DNA of 64,000 nt from Chloroflexota bacterium (lineage in GTDB: Bacteria; Chloroflexota; Dormibacteria; CF-121), in NCBI GenBank assembly GCA_005889225.1, contig VBEW01000078.1:703-64702 (forward strand), written 5' to 3'. Shown piece by piece: positions 18,507 through 27,126 of this stretch. Below the pieces are notes generated by a model. It had not been told where the DNA came from. It made no database searches and was given only the letters and a program-made list of their open reading frames with translations. Within the stretch, counting starts at the first letter, position 1, and each line of letters begins with the position of its first letter. Both the position numbers and the translations under genes were made by a program.

Positions 18507-18754
18507 TCGCCTACGCGGAATACCTGATCGCCGGTGCGCGCTTTGTCGGTGACCTTGAATGCCACATCGTCGCCGGGACCTGCCTGCGACACCTTCTGGT
18601 GCTCGACCTCGAGCGAGTCGACCGCCTGGCCGAAGTCGGTGGTGTGACCCTTAACGTGGATTTGGTCACCAACCGCGAGCGGGCCTGTCAACTGCACCGC
18701 GGCCACGCCGATGTTCCCGAAGTAGTGAGTGACCTTACCAACGAGCTGCTCCAT
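18503..18754 (-). CDS. small beta-barrel protein (EF-Tu domain-2-like), hypothetical
   Basis: An 83-aa protein with a 4-bp overlap with the downstream phosphatase gene. Confidence 0.4.
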   Translation of the reverse strand: MEQLVGKVTHYFGNIGVAAVQLTGPLAVGDQIHVKGHTTDFGQAVDSLEVEHQKVSQAGPGDDVAFKVTDKARTGDQVFRVGE

Positions 18755-18799
18755 TGGCCCCTTGTAGCACAGCCGTCGTCGAATTGAAAGGGCTGCCTG

Positions 18800-20059
18800 T
18801 TAGCTGCGAGCGAGGGACCAGGCCGTCCCGGAAGGGGTGTCCTGGACCTCGACGCCGCATTGTACGAGGATGGCGCGCAGACGATCCGCGTCTTTGAAGC
18901 GCTGCTGACGCCTCGCCTCGCCACGCAGCGAGAGAAGGACGTCGACAAGGGGCGCTACGTACTCGCGAACATCGTCGTGGCCGCCGCCGCGCGCGAGGTC
19001 GCCGAGGCGGACGACAAGGTTGCGCATCTCGGCCCGCGCCCGATCGCGCTCATCCGTGCCGACAATGTCCGCCGCCCACCGGTCGAGCAGGCTTTCGGTC
19101 TCGAGGATGGCGGCGACGACCCCGTCGATGTCGCGTCGATCGAGGGCGTGACGGCCCTGCAGGGCCCATTCCCGCGCCTGCTCGAGCATTGGCGAGCCGT
19201 CCGTGCCCTCGGGCTCGGGCGGGCGGACGGCCAGGGCCGGAGCAGGAGCCACCAGAGGATGCGACAACTCGCTCAAGGCAAAGGTTGTCCGTTCCCAGCG
19301 CCGGTCGATTCCGCGACTCCGGACGGTGACCCCTCCGCGCCCTCGCACGCTTACGGATTGAGCGTCGATATCGATGATGCATGCGGTGTACTCATCCACG
19401 CCCAGGATCGGGACGTCGTCGGGGAGCATCGATTCGAGGAGGCGCAGTCGCGACTCGCCCATGTAGCAGAACCGCGTGTCGTGTGTTCCGCCCTCGCGGT
19501 TGTCGTAGTGAGGGATAACCGCGCAGCGAAGGCCAATCTCGCCGAGCAGGTCCAGCCCTTCCGTCCACGTTGGATCGGCGCCAACCTTGTAGATCTCGTA
19601 TACGGGAAGGGCGTAGGCGCCGAGGCCGATCGCCGCGGCGCTGGCGAAGGCGACGCATCCGCCTTCCCTGATCTTCGCGGAGAGCCGTTCCCGCACGGCG
19701 ATGTCTCGCCAGTGCCGCAGGGCGTAGGTTGGGCTGCCAGGTCCGGCGAAGACGTAATTCGCATCGCCAAGACGGGTGAGGAACTGCTCGAACTCGAGCG
19801 CCGTGGCCCGGCCGCTATGCCGGAAGGAGGCGAGCCTGATCTCGCATCCCACGTGTTCGCGGAAATAGCTGATGGTTCGGACCGCGACCTCGTCCGCGTT
19901 CTCCTGGAAGCCGAAGGGCGTATCAAGGAGAACGGCGTCGAGGCGGGGGTTGCTAACCCGCCCGATCAGCTCCTGGTGGATCGATGTCATCACCGGGCTG
20001 GTCTCTCCGGACCCGAAAATGGCGATCAGGCGTGCAGGGCGAGGGTGACGCGGGCCCAT
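18800..20059 (-). CDS. fusion protein: type-1 glutamine-amidotransferase-like domain + cysteinyl-tRNA-synthetase-type C-terminal (DALR/anticodon-binding-like) domain
   Basis: The N-terminus (LIAIFGSGETSP...VFAGPGSPTYALRHW...CVAFASAAAIGLGAY) has the GATase1/CobQ-like fold signature. The C-terminus (RDRARAEMRNLVVRLGDL...RFKDADRLRAILVQCGVEVQDTPSGTAWSL) is strongly reminiscent of the CysRS C-terminus. Confidence 0.65.
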   Translation of the reverse strand: MGPRHPRPARLIAIFGSGETSPVMTSIHQELIGRVSNPRLDAVLLDTPFGFQENADEVAVRTISYFREHVGCEIRLASFRHSGRATALEFEQFLTRLGDANYVFAGPGSPTYALRHWRDIAVRERLSAKIREGGCVAFASAAAIGLGAYALPVYEIYKVGADPTWTEGLDLLGEIGLRCAVIPHYDNREGGTHDTRFCYMGESRLRLLESMLPDDVPILGVDEYTACIIDIDAQSVSVRGRGGVTVRSRGIDRRWERTTFALSELSHPLVAPAPALAVRPPEPEGTDGSPMLEQAREWALQGRHALDRRDIDGVVAAILETESLLDRWAADIVGTDERDRARAEMRNLVVRLGDLARGGGHDDVREYVAPLVDVLLSLRGEARRQQRFKDADRLRAILVQCGVEVQDTPSGTAWSLARS

Positions 20060-20113
20060 ACGAAGATGCTACGCAGATCGAATCCAACGGTGCCCGCGTA
20101 GTATCGACCTGAG

Positions 20114-20881
20114 GTGGACTTCGACAGTCTGACTGCGGAGCTGCTGTCCCAACCGTTGGACCAGTTCACGTCGCGCCGCAACACCCGGGTCAAGGAGGCG
20201 AAAGCGTCCGGCCAGGGCGACCTGGCCCGCCAGCTCTCCGCCCTCAAGAAGCCCTCACTCCCGTTATGGGCCGTGAACCAGTTCCGTGATCGGGGCACGC
20301 TTGGCGAGCTGCAGAGCGGCGCCCAGGCGCTCGTCAAAGCCCAGGCTGCGGCCACCTCCGGGCGTTCGAATGCCGGACGAGACTTGCGCGCCGCGTCGGA
20401 GAGGTTCCAGCGGAGCCTCGAGGCGGCCGGCACCGCCGCGGCGACCATTCTTCGCCAAGGTCGCCACGCCTCCGGTGAAGAAACGCTCCGTCGCATCCGT
20501 GAGATCCTTCGGCTTGCGGCCCTCGAGGGCGGCGACACCTGGGACCGGCTGCAAAAGGGGGCGCTGGTCTCCGAGCCGCGGCCCGGTGACGACATGCTTG
20601 AAATGTTCGCTGCCGGGGCGGCGTCGGCCGGCGGAAAGCGAGGCGAGCAGGCGGAGGCTCGACACGCCGCGGAGCTGGCCCAACGGGCGGCGCGAACCGA
20701 CGACGAGCTGGCTGAGCGCGCGACCGCCACCGCCCGCCGCTTACGGCAGGAGGCAACCGATGCGGCCGCGGCGGCCGATCGAGCCTCCGCACGCGCCTCG
20801 GCGGCTGAGGCAGAGGCCGTCCGCGCTCGGGCGCAGGCGCAGAAGTCCCAGCGTGCGGCCCGGCGCCACGGATCCGGATAA
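20114..20881 (+). CDS. hypothetical alpha-helical protein (Ala/Arg-rich C-terminus)
   Basis: A 255-aa ORF in the coding frame, with no recognisable domain. Confidence 0.5.
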   Translation: MDFDSLTAELLSQPLDQFTSRRNTRVKEAKASGQGDLARQLSALKKPSLPLWAVNQFRDRGTLGELQSGAQALVKAQAAATSGRSNAGRDLRAASERFQRSLEAAGTAAATILRQGRHASGEETLRRIREILRLAALEGGDTWDRLQKGALVSEPRPGDDMLEMFAAGAASAGGKRGEQAEARHAAELAQRAARTDDELAERATATARRLRQEATDAAAAADRASARASAAEAEAVRARAQAQKSQRAARRHGSG

Positions 20882-20948
20882 ACCTCCGTGCCTATACTCT
20901 GGCCTCACAGCCGGCCGAACCAGCTGAATTCACGAGAAGGGGATCAAC

Positions 20949-21584
20949 ATGAAGACCACCTACCCGGTTACGTTCGCCGTCGACTTTCCTGATCGGGACC
21001 TCGATCGGGTCAGTACGGCGTTCCGAATTCTCGCCGTGATTCCAATTGGGATCATCCTCAGTCTCCTGACCAGCACGTCGGTGCGATACGTCACAAGCAC
21101 AAACGGCACGAACGAGACCGTGAGCAGTGTTGCGACCGGCGGCGGGCTGCTGTTTCTCCCGCTGGTGCTAATGCTCTTGTTCCGGCAGAAGTATCCCCGG
21201 TGGTGGTTCGACTGGAACCTCCAACTCCTCCGCTTCTCCAATCGGGTGACCGCCTACGTTGGATTGCTGGACGACCACTATCCATCAACGGATGAGGAAC
21301 AAGCCGTTCATCTCGATTTCCCCTATCCGGACGCCGGGCAGCTGAACCGGTGGCTCCCCTTGGTGAAGTGGCTGCTCGCGATTCCCCACTACATCGTGCT
21401 TTTCTTCCTGGCGATTGGAGCCGTGGTGGCGGTCATCATCGCCTGGTTCGCCATCCTGTTCACCGGGCGGTACCCGCGCGGCCTGTTCGACTACGTGGTG
21501 GGAGTCATCCGCTGGAGTAACCGGGTCACCGGCTATGCGATGGTCCTGGTCACCGACCAGTATCCGCCGTTCAGCCTGGACTAA
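20949..21584 (+). CDS. DUF4389 membrane protein
   Basis: Carries the conserved LLAIPHYIVLFFL...FAILFTGRYPRGLFD core. Confidence 0.7.
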   Translation: MKTTYPVTFAVDFPDRDLDRVSTAFRILAVIPIGIILSLLTSTSVRYVTSTNGTNETVSSVATGGGLLFLPLVLMLLFRQKYPRWWFDWNLQLLRFSNRVTAYVGLLDDHYPSTDEEQAVHLDFPYPDAGQLNRWLPLVKWLLAIPHYIVLFFLAIGAVVAVIIAWFAILFTGRYPRGLFDYVVGVIRWSNRVTGYAMVLVTDQYPPFSLD

Positions 21585-22024
21585 CGATGATCCGGCAGGC
21601 TCACGTTTTGGAGACGGACCTGGCCGCGTGCGACAAGCTTCCCATCCTCGCGGGTAAGGGTCACCTGCCAGAGCTGCTGGGTCGCGCCCTGGTGGATCGC
21701 TTCCGCGATTAGCGTCAGGCGACCGCTCACGATCGGGCGGAGGAAGTCGGTGTTGTTGTTGACGCCGACCGCGAACTGGCCTCGATCGACCACGGCCAGG
21801 GAGGCCCCCGCGCTGGCCGCGCTCTCGATGGCGGTGGTGAAGGTTCCCCCATGCACAACGCCCCACGGCGTGTGATGGTCGGGCCCGACATCGATCGAGC
21901 CCACCACCCGGGCCGGCTCGATCACGTCGAATTTCATGCCGAGCGCCTTGAGAAACGCACCGGGCCGATCGAGCTGCGGCAGACCAGATTGGCTCGAGCC
22001 TGCACGCATGCTCATATGACCCAT
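21581..22024 (-). CDS. PaaI-family thioesterase (hotdog fold)
   Basis: Reads GVVHGGTFTTAIESAAS, and is 147 aa long. Confidence 0.75.
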   Translation of the reverse strand: MGHMSMRAGSSQSGLPQLDRPGAFLKALGMKFDVIEPARVVGSIDVGPDHHTPWGVVHGGTFTTAIESAASAGASLAVVDRGQFAVGVNNNTDFLRPIVSGRLTLIAEAIHQGATQQLWQVTLTREDGKLVARGQVRLQNVSLPDHR

Positions 22025-22061
22025 GCTACTGGCTTGATCATCGTATTCTGATACCGCAACG

Positions 22062-22499
22062 ATGGCAACCGAGACTGGCCGAGGACCTGCGAGAAAAGGC
22101 GCAATCGCTCCTTATGCCCTCAAGAAACGAGAGGGTTGGGTCTACGACCTGGGTGTTCCGTTCACTGTCAAATTGGGAGAACGGGGACACGGACGGCGAT
22201 TCGCTGTTCTCGAGTACACGACGGACCAGGATGAGTGGCCGGGCCATACTCACCCGACTGAAGACGAGGTCTTCTATGTCTTGAAGGGGGCCCTGACCTT
22301 CCGCTGCGGCCGTGACGAGTTTGACGTCGATGAAGGCGGCTTCGTCTTCCTTCCCAGCGGTATCGAGCACGGCTACAGGATTCGCGGGGGCAAGCCGGCC
22401 CAGCTCCTCATCGTGACGGCACCGGCGCCCGAGCCCGGCTCGACTGGGGGCTGGGACGGTTTCGTCTCCGGATTAGAAACCGGCGCCGAGCCCGAGTAG
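22062..22499 (+). CDS. cupin-domain protein
   Basis: Carries the HTHPTEDEVFYVLKG...PSGIEHGY motif. Confidence 0.75.
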   Translation: MATETGRGPARKGAIAPYALKKREGWVYDLGVPFTVKLGERGHGRRFAVLEYTTDQDEWPGHTHPTEDEVFYVLKGALTFRCGRDEFDVDEGGFVFLPSGIEHGYRIRGGKPAQLLIVTAPAPEPGSTGGWDGFVSGLETGAEPE

Positions 22500-22503
22500 C
22501 GGA

Positions 22504-22980
22504 TCAGGGCTTCGCCGAAACCTTCGATCCATCCCTTTCGGCGGTGCGCACGAGGGCGTGGGCGATCGCTTCCACCACCGATTCCTCATGGGGGCGGAGG
22601 TAGGTGCGAGCCTCCCGCTGGAGCCGCTTGGGCACCATCTCCCGAATAACCTGTTCCATTGCTCTCGCCCACTCATCGGTCAGGATGTGCGTCAACTCGT
22701 GGACGATGACGACATCGCCACGTTCGAGAAGGATGTCTTGCCGGAACTGGAGCTCCGCTTCCAGGAATTCGGGGCTGATTTCAGCGTAGCCCTCGGCACC
22801 CCGCAGCTTGGGCTTGTACGAAGCGCGGATGGTCCAGGCGCCGAGACCCATCCGCTGCACCCAGGCGGCTTGCCGCTCCTGGAACCATTCAGGGGGCTTG
22901 AGCTCACGGTGGCCCGGCGCTCGTTCCTGTGATTTCGACGAACCTGAGTCTGCGGGGGCTTTTCGCTCCGCCTCGTCCAT
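22504..22980 (-). CDS. hypothetical protein with HExxH motif (possible metallopeptidase-like)
   Basis: Contains VIVHELTHIL and is 158 aa long; no confident family assignment. Confidence 0.45.
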   Translation of the reverse strand: MDEAERKAPADSGSSKSQERAPGHRELKPPEWFQERQAAWVQRMGLGAWTIRASYKPKLRGAEGYAEISPEFLEAELQFRQDILLERGDVVIVHELTHILTDEWARAMEQVIREMVPKRLQREARTYLRPHEESVVEAIAHALVRTAERDGSKVSAKP

Positions 22981-23035
22981 TGGTCGAGGGTACCACCGAG
23001 CGGGCGGTGCGATCCCAGGATTAGAACGGTGGGTG

Positions 23036-24394
23036 CTAGCTGGGAAGATTCAGGAGGTCGCGGATCTTAAATGTGCCTGGCTGGTGTGACGGGAGCGTCG
23101 GACGCCAGGAGGGATCGTTCGCAAGGTAGGACTCGGGATCCTTACGTACGATCTCGACCACAACCTCGGCGACGATCCGACCGCCGACTTCGCCCAAACG
23201 GTCGCCGCCACCATTGACGGCCGCCTCTCGCAGGATGTAGAGCCAGAGCGGCGTTTCACCCTGCCACTCACCAAGTGCCAGTTCGGCGCGCGTCAGAGGC
23301 TTCGCACCGACGGCGCGGGCGACTGCCTCGCCGGACGGGAGACCGGTGCCCTGGCCTCGCTGCAAGTCGCGCGCGGCGAGCGAGCGATAGGCGTTCACCT
23401 CGACGGCGCCCGTGATGGACTCGGGGAGCCGGATCAGCGACGCTGGCAGCTGGCCGTCGATCGGTTTGGCCCGCTGCGCCGGTGAGTGACCGGGCAGGTC
23501 GAAGAGCAATCGCCAGTCGACCGCGTGCTCGGAGGCGAGTGGGCGAAAGCCGGCCAGGTCCGGAAACACCGGGAAACGCGGGCCACCCTCCTGAAGCTGG
23601 TAATCCGCCTTGATCTGCGAGTGGCCGTAGCGGTAGGCGCCGTCGGCAAACTCCACCGGAATGTACGGCTCGCCCTCCGGACGGAAAAACCGCGGCCCGT
23701 CCTGTAGCACCGTGGCGGTGAGCTTGTTGCCCACCAGGGTTGGCAGGAAATCGTGGAGGATCACCCACTGGTAATGCCAGACCAAGGCCAGCCGGGCATA
23801 CTCGAACAGGTCCGAGTCGGGGACGCCGTCGGCTCGCAGGCGGTCGACCAGGTAGTTGTGGGCGCGGATGAAGGCCAGCTGCAGTCCCGTCATGAAGGCG
23901 TGTACATCGTTGCGGGGATCGCCGATCAAGGCGATTCCCTGCTGGTTGCGCGGGAGGTCACCGTCGACGCCAAGCAAGAGTTTTGACGAATCGGCCTGAT
24001 CGAACAGGTAGGGCGAGCCGACTGGGCCACCACCGTAGAGCGCTTCGAGGTTGGCGCGGGGCGAGCGGACGTTGCGCAGGACATTGATGTCGGCGTGGGC
24101 CCGCAATGGCGAGCGATCGGCGGTGATGTCGTGGGCCAGGTACTGCCCGAAGAAGGGCTGGCCTGCCTCGACGTGGCTGTCGGCATCGCACCGACCGCCG
24201 TCGCAGATGCCTCCGGCCATGCCGAGGGCCAGCAGACGATCGGCGTCGAAGCTCGCGGCCGGGAGGTCCGCGAACATACGGCCATAGCGGCCTCCCTCGA
24301 CGACGGGGGCGTCGATGGTGCGGCCGGGCGCAAGGCACAGGTCCCTCGCCGGACGGGCGGTCTGAGGACGGGCTGTCGATGCTGCCAGGGCCAT
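23036..24394 (-). CDS. heme peroxidase, animal-type (An_peroxidase superfamily)
   Basis: Carries GRTID...GRMF, FGQYLAHDI (the distal His region) and YRYGHSQI (the proximal His); 452 aa. Confidence 0.75.
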   Translation of the reverse strand: MALAASTARPQTARPARDLCLAPGRTIDAPVVEGGRYGRMFADLPAASFDADRLLALGMAGGICDGGRCDADSHVEAGQPFFGQYLAHDITADRSPLRAHADINVLRNVRSPRANLEALYGGGPVGSPYLFDQADSSKLLLGVDGDLPRNQQGIALIGDPRNDVHAFMTGLQLAFIRAHNYLVDRLRADGVPDSDLFEYARLALVWHYQWVILHDFLPTLVGNKLTATVLQDGPRFFRPEGEPYIPVEFADGAYRYGHSQIKADYQLQEGGPRFPVFPDLAGFRPLASEHAVDWRLLFDLPGHSPAQRAKPIDGQLPASLIRLPESITGAVEVNAYRSLAARDLQRGQGTGLPSGEAVARAVGAKPLTRAELALGEWQGETPLWLYILREAAVNGGGDRLGEVGGRIVAEVVVEIVRKDPESYLANDPSWRPTLPSHQPGTFKIRDLLNLPS

Positions 24395-24460
24395 TACCGA
24401 CTCATAACAGTTGCCGCTCGAAACTTCAAATGCCGATTTGATTCAGCGTACGCTGGATCG

Positions 24461-25132
24461 GTGAGCCGGCGATGGACGCGGACGGAGCTGGCGGCCCGGA
24501 TCGATCACACGTTGCTTGATCCCGCGGCGACGAATCACGACATCCTGATGGCCTGTGAGATTGCGCGGCGAAACCATTGCGCCACGGTCTGCTTGAACTC
24601 GAACCGCGTGGCGGCGGCTCGCGAGGTGCTGCGGGGAAGCGGCGTCGGGATCGCTGCTGTGGTCGGATTTCCGTTCGGCGCGTCTCACGTCGATGCAAAG
24701 GCGCACGAAGCCACGCTCGCCATTGCCGATGGCGCCACCGAGATCGACATGGTGCTGGACATCGGACGGCTTAAGGACGGCCAACGGGAACCCGTCAGGG
24801 CAGATATCGCGAGCGTCATCGCTTCTGCCGCAGGGCGGCCGGTCAAGGTCATCCTTGAATGCGCCCGCCTGACGGATGATGAAAAACGGACTGGATGCAG
24901 GCTCGCTGTCGAAGCCGGTGCTGCTTTCGTCAAGACATCGACCGGCTATCTCGGCCACGGCGCGACGGTTCATGACGTCACCTTGATCCGGGCTGCCGTC
25001 GGGCCCGACCTCGGCGTCAAGGCCAGTGGTGGCATCCTCTACTACGAAGACGCGGTGGCGATGCTGGAAGCGGGCGCGACAAGACTCGGAATGAGTCATA
25101 CGCAGCAGGTCCTGGATTCGATTCCGATGTAG
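24461..25132 (+). CDS. deoC: deoxyribose-phosphate aldolase
   Basis: GTG start at 24461. The DeoC core reads IDHTLLDP...VCLN...VVGFPFG...EIDMVLDIG...VKVILE...FVKTSTG. The longer ORF from 24095 is an antisense artefact over the peroxidase gene. Confidence 0.8.
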   Translation: MSRRWTRTELAARIDHTLLDPAATNHDILMACEIARRNHCATVCLNSNRVAAAREVLRGSGVGIAAVVGFPFGASHVDAKAHEATLAIADGATEIDMVLDIGRLKDGQREPVRADIASVIASAAGRPVKVILECARLTDDEKRTGCRLAVEAGAAFVKTSTGYLGHGATVHDVTLIRAAVGPDLGVKASGGILYYEDAVAMLEAGATRLGMSHTQQVLDSIPM

Positions 25133-25187
25133 ACGGCCCTCCGATGAATTTTCTGCAGCCAGGCCGTCTAAAGAGACGGACCTGACG

Positions 25188-25394
25188 ATGCCGATGCCGG
25201 AGCGGGGCGCAATCACCCTCGCGATTGACGTGGCTGGCGTCCGCGCGAACGCGGGGACGGTCGACGCACTCGCGCGTCTGCAACTCGCGGCCCGCCGCCA
25301 GGGCTGCCAGGTCAGGCTGACGGGCACGTCCCGTGAGCTGCGGGAGCTCGTCCGCTTTATGGGGTTGCGCGACGTCCTGCCGGAACGGCGTTAG
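25188..25394 (+). CDS. STAS-domain fragment (C-terminal half only)
   Basis: A 68-aa ORF matching only the C-terminal half of anti-sigma-factor antagonists (DALARLQLAARRQGCQVRLTGTSRELRELVRFMGL). Confidence 0.3.
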   Translation: MPMPERGAITLAIDVAGVRANAGTVDALARLQLAARRQGCQVRLTGTSRELRELVRFMGLRDVLPERR

Positions 25395-26389
25395 GACTCG
25401 AGGCGGGGGGGTAAACCGAACAGCGGGAAGAGCCGCTCAGTGTCGAGGAAGAATGTGAACTCAGCGATCCGGTCGCTGCCGAGTTCGAGGACCATCACGG
25501 CCCACGGGTCGTGGCCACTTCCTGATGAACTCGGCCTGTAGTGCCCGAACGCAACTGAGCCGTTCGCCGTCACGGCGGGGACGAGTTTGGAGCCGCGACA
25601 GGTTATGCCCGGCCCGAACCACCACGTCAGGATATCCTCGCGGCCTTGCAACCAGAGGTCATACGGCGGCATCGACTGCCGTGCGTCCTCCTGGATCAGC
25701 GTGGTGAGCGCCTCGAGGTCGTAGCGCTCGAAGGCCGCGACGTAACGGGCGAGCAGCTCGCGCTGCCGATCATCCATGGGCGGCATCGGATCGGAGGAGC
25801 TGACACCGCTCGCCTGCAGCGTCACACGAGCACGCTGCAAGGCGCTGTTCACCGATGCCACGCTCGTGTCGAGGAGTTCGGCGACCTCCTTGGCCTTCCA
25901 GCGCAGGACCTCGCACAGGATCAGCACAGCCCGCTGGCGGGGAGGTAGATGCTGGAGCGCCGCCACGAACGCAAGCCGTATCGTGTCGCGGGTCACCGCC
26001 ACTTCGGCGGGATCACCCTCCGGGGCAAGCAGGCTGTCCGGGATCGGTTGGATCCATGTCGCCTCGGGAAGCGTGTTGAGGTTCGCCGCAACGGGAGCTC
26101 GAGCGGGGCCGAGATCCATCGGACGCGCCCTCCGCGCGCGCCCGTCGAGCATGTCGAGGCAGACGTTCGTCGCGATCCGGTAGAGCCACGAGCGTAGCGC
26201 CGCGCGACCCTCGAAGCGATCGAAGCCGCGCCATGCCTTTAGCAGCGTCTCCTGGACCGCGTCCTCCGCCTCGAACGGGGAGCCGAGCATCCGGTAGCAG
26301 TAGCCGATCAGCTCCGCCCGGTACTGCTCCAGCCGAAGGTCGAGTTCGCTCGGTGCGGCGGTTAGAGACGAACGTTGCATCGAGATCAT
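25391..26389 (-). CDS. ECF sigma factor with C-terminal SnoaL-like extension (ECF41-like)
   Basis: Sigma-2 (YCYRMLGSPFEAEDAVQETLLKAWR) and sigma-4 regions, followed by a roughly 130-aa extension containing YVAAFERYDLEAL. Confidence 0.8.
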   Translation of the reverse strand: MISMQRSSLTAAPSELDLRLEQYRAELIGYCYRMLGSPFEAEDAVQETLLKAWRGFDRFEGRAALRSWLYRIATNVCLDMLDGRARRARPMDLGPARAPVAANLNTLPEATWIQPIPDSLLAPEGDPAEVAVTRDTIRLAFVAALQHLPPRQRAVLILCEVLRWKAKEVAELLDTSVASVNSALQRARVTLQASGVSSSDPMPPMDDRQRELLARYVAAFERYDLEALTTLIQEDARQSMPPYDLWLQGREDILTWWFGPGITCRGSKLVPAVTANGSVAFGHYRPSSSGSGHDPWAVMVLELGSDRIAEFTFFLDTERLFPLFGLPPRLES

Positions 26390-26425
26390 CCTAAATGACC
26401 ATATCGATGCACCGCGGGCGCGATC

Positions 26426-27097
26426 TCAGTCCCTTGCTCCCTTGGGTCTGACCGCAGTCATCTGCCTGTTCCATGCCCACAGGTAGAAACTCGCCAGGCT
26501 TCGGTTGGGTCGCCACTTTTCTCCGATTGCCTCGACTTCCGATGGACTGGGCAGGTGGTCGAGCCGGTGTAGCCGCTGAACCGCGGAACGGATGCCGAGG
26601 TCGCCGATAGGCAGGATGTCGGGCCGCTCGAGGTTGATCAGCAAAAACATGTCCGCGGTCCACCGCCCGAGCCCTTTGCTGGCCGTAATTTGCTCGCGAA
26701 CCTGGTCATCTGACAGCTCATGCAGGTGCTCGATGTCGAGCTCGCCCGAAATGATGTGTTCGGCCAGCGACCGCAGGTATTCGATCTTCATGCGGGACAG
26801 TCCGACGGTTTTCATGGCGTCGGTATCCAGGGTGAGCAGTTCGGCAGGCGTGGGCATCCGGCCGCCAAAGTGTTCCTGGAGGCGCCCGGCAATCGCCCGA
26901 GCCGCGAATCCCGAAATCTGCTGGCCGATGATCGAAAAGACCAGCACGCTGAAGGCGTCGCCTACCGGACGGCTGCTTCGCCAGGCCCCGGGATCGATGG
27001 GCTCGGTCGCATCGATCAGGCGCGCCAGCTTGCGGTCGCTAGCCTTCAAGGCGGCCAGCGCTTGCTTGCGACGTGACGGCGCCCGTGCGCTGGCCAT
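26426..27097 (-). CDS. DNA-3-methyladenine glycosylase II family (HhH-GPD, AlkA-like)
   Basis: The start is set at MASARAP. Carries an HhH-GPD fold signature (GLGRWTADMFLL...). Confidence 0.7.
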   Translation of the reverse strand: MASARAPSRRKQALAALKASDRKLARLIDATEPIDPGAWRSSRPVGDAFSVLVFSIIGQQISGFAARAIAGRLQEHFGGRMPTPAELLTLDTDAMKTVGLSRMKIEYLRSLAEHIISGELDIEHLHELSDDQVREQITASKGLGRWTADMFLLINLERPDILPIGDLGIRSAVQRLHRLDHLPSPSEVEAIGEKWRPNRSLASFYLWAWNRQMTAVRPKGARD

Positions 27098-27126
27098 GGC
27101 CCATCGTAGCCGGAATCCTGAGCTCG

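Noticed and set aside
19351-19926. A 191-aa ORF and several 60-110-aa ORFs nested inside the GATase-CysRS-C fusion gene.
   Set aside because: They are Arg/Ser/Pro-rich off-frame translations with no independent start signals.
24095-24460. An N-terminal extension of the DeoC ORF.
   Set aside because: It overlaps the heme-peroxidase coding region on the opposite strand. The conserved DeoC sequence begins at the GTG at 24461.
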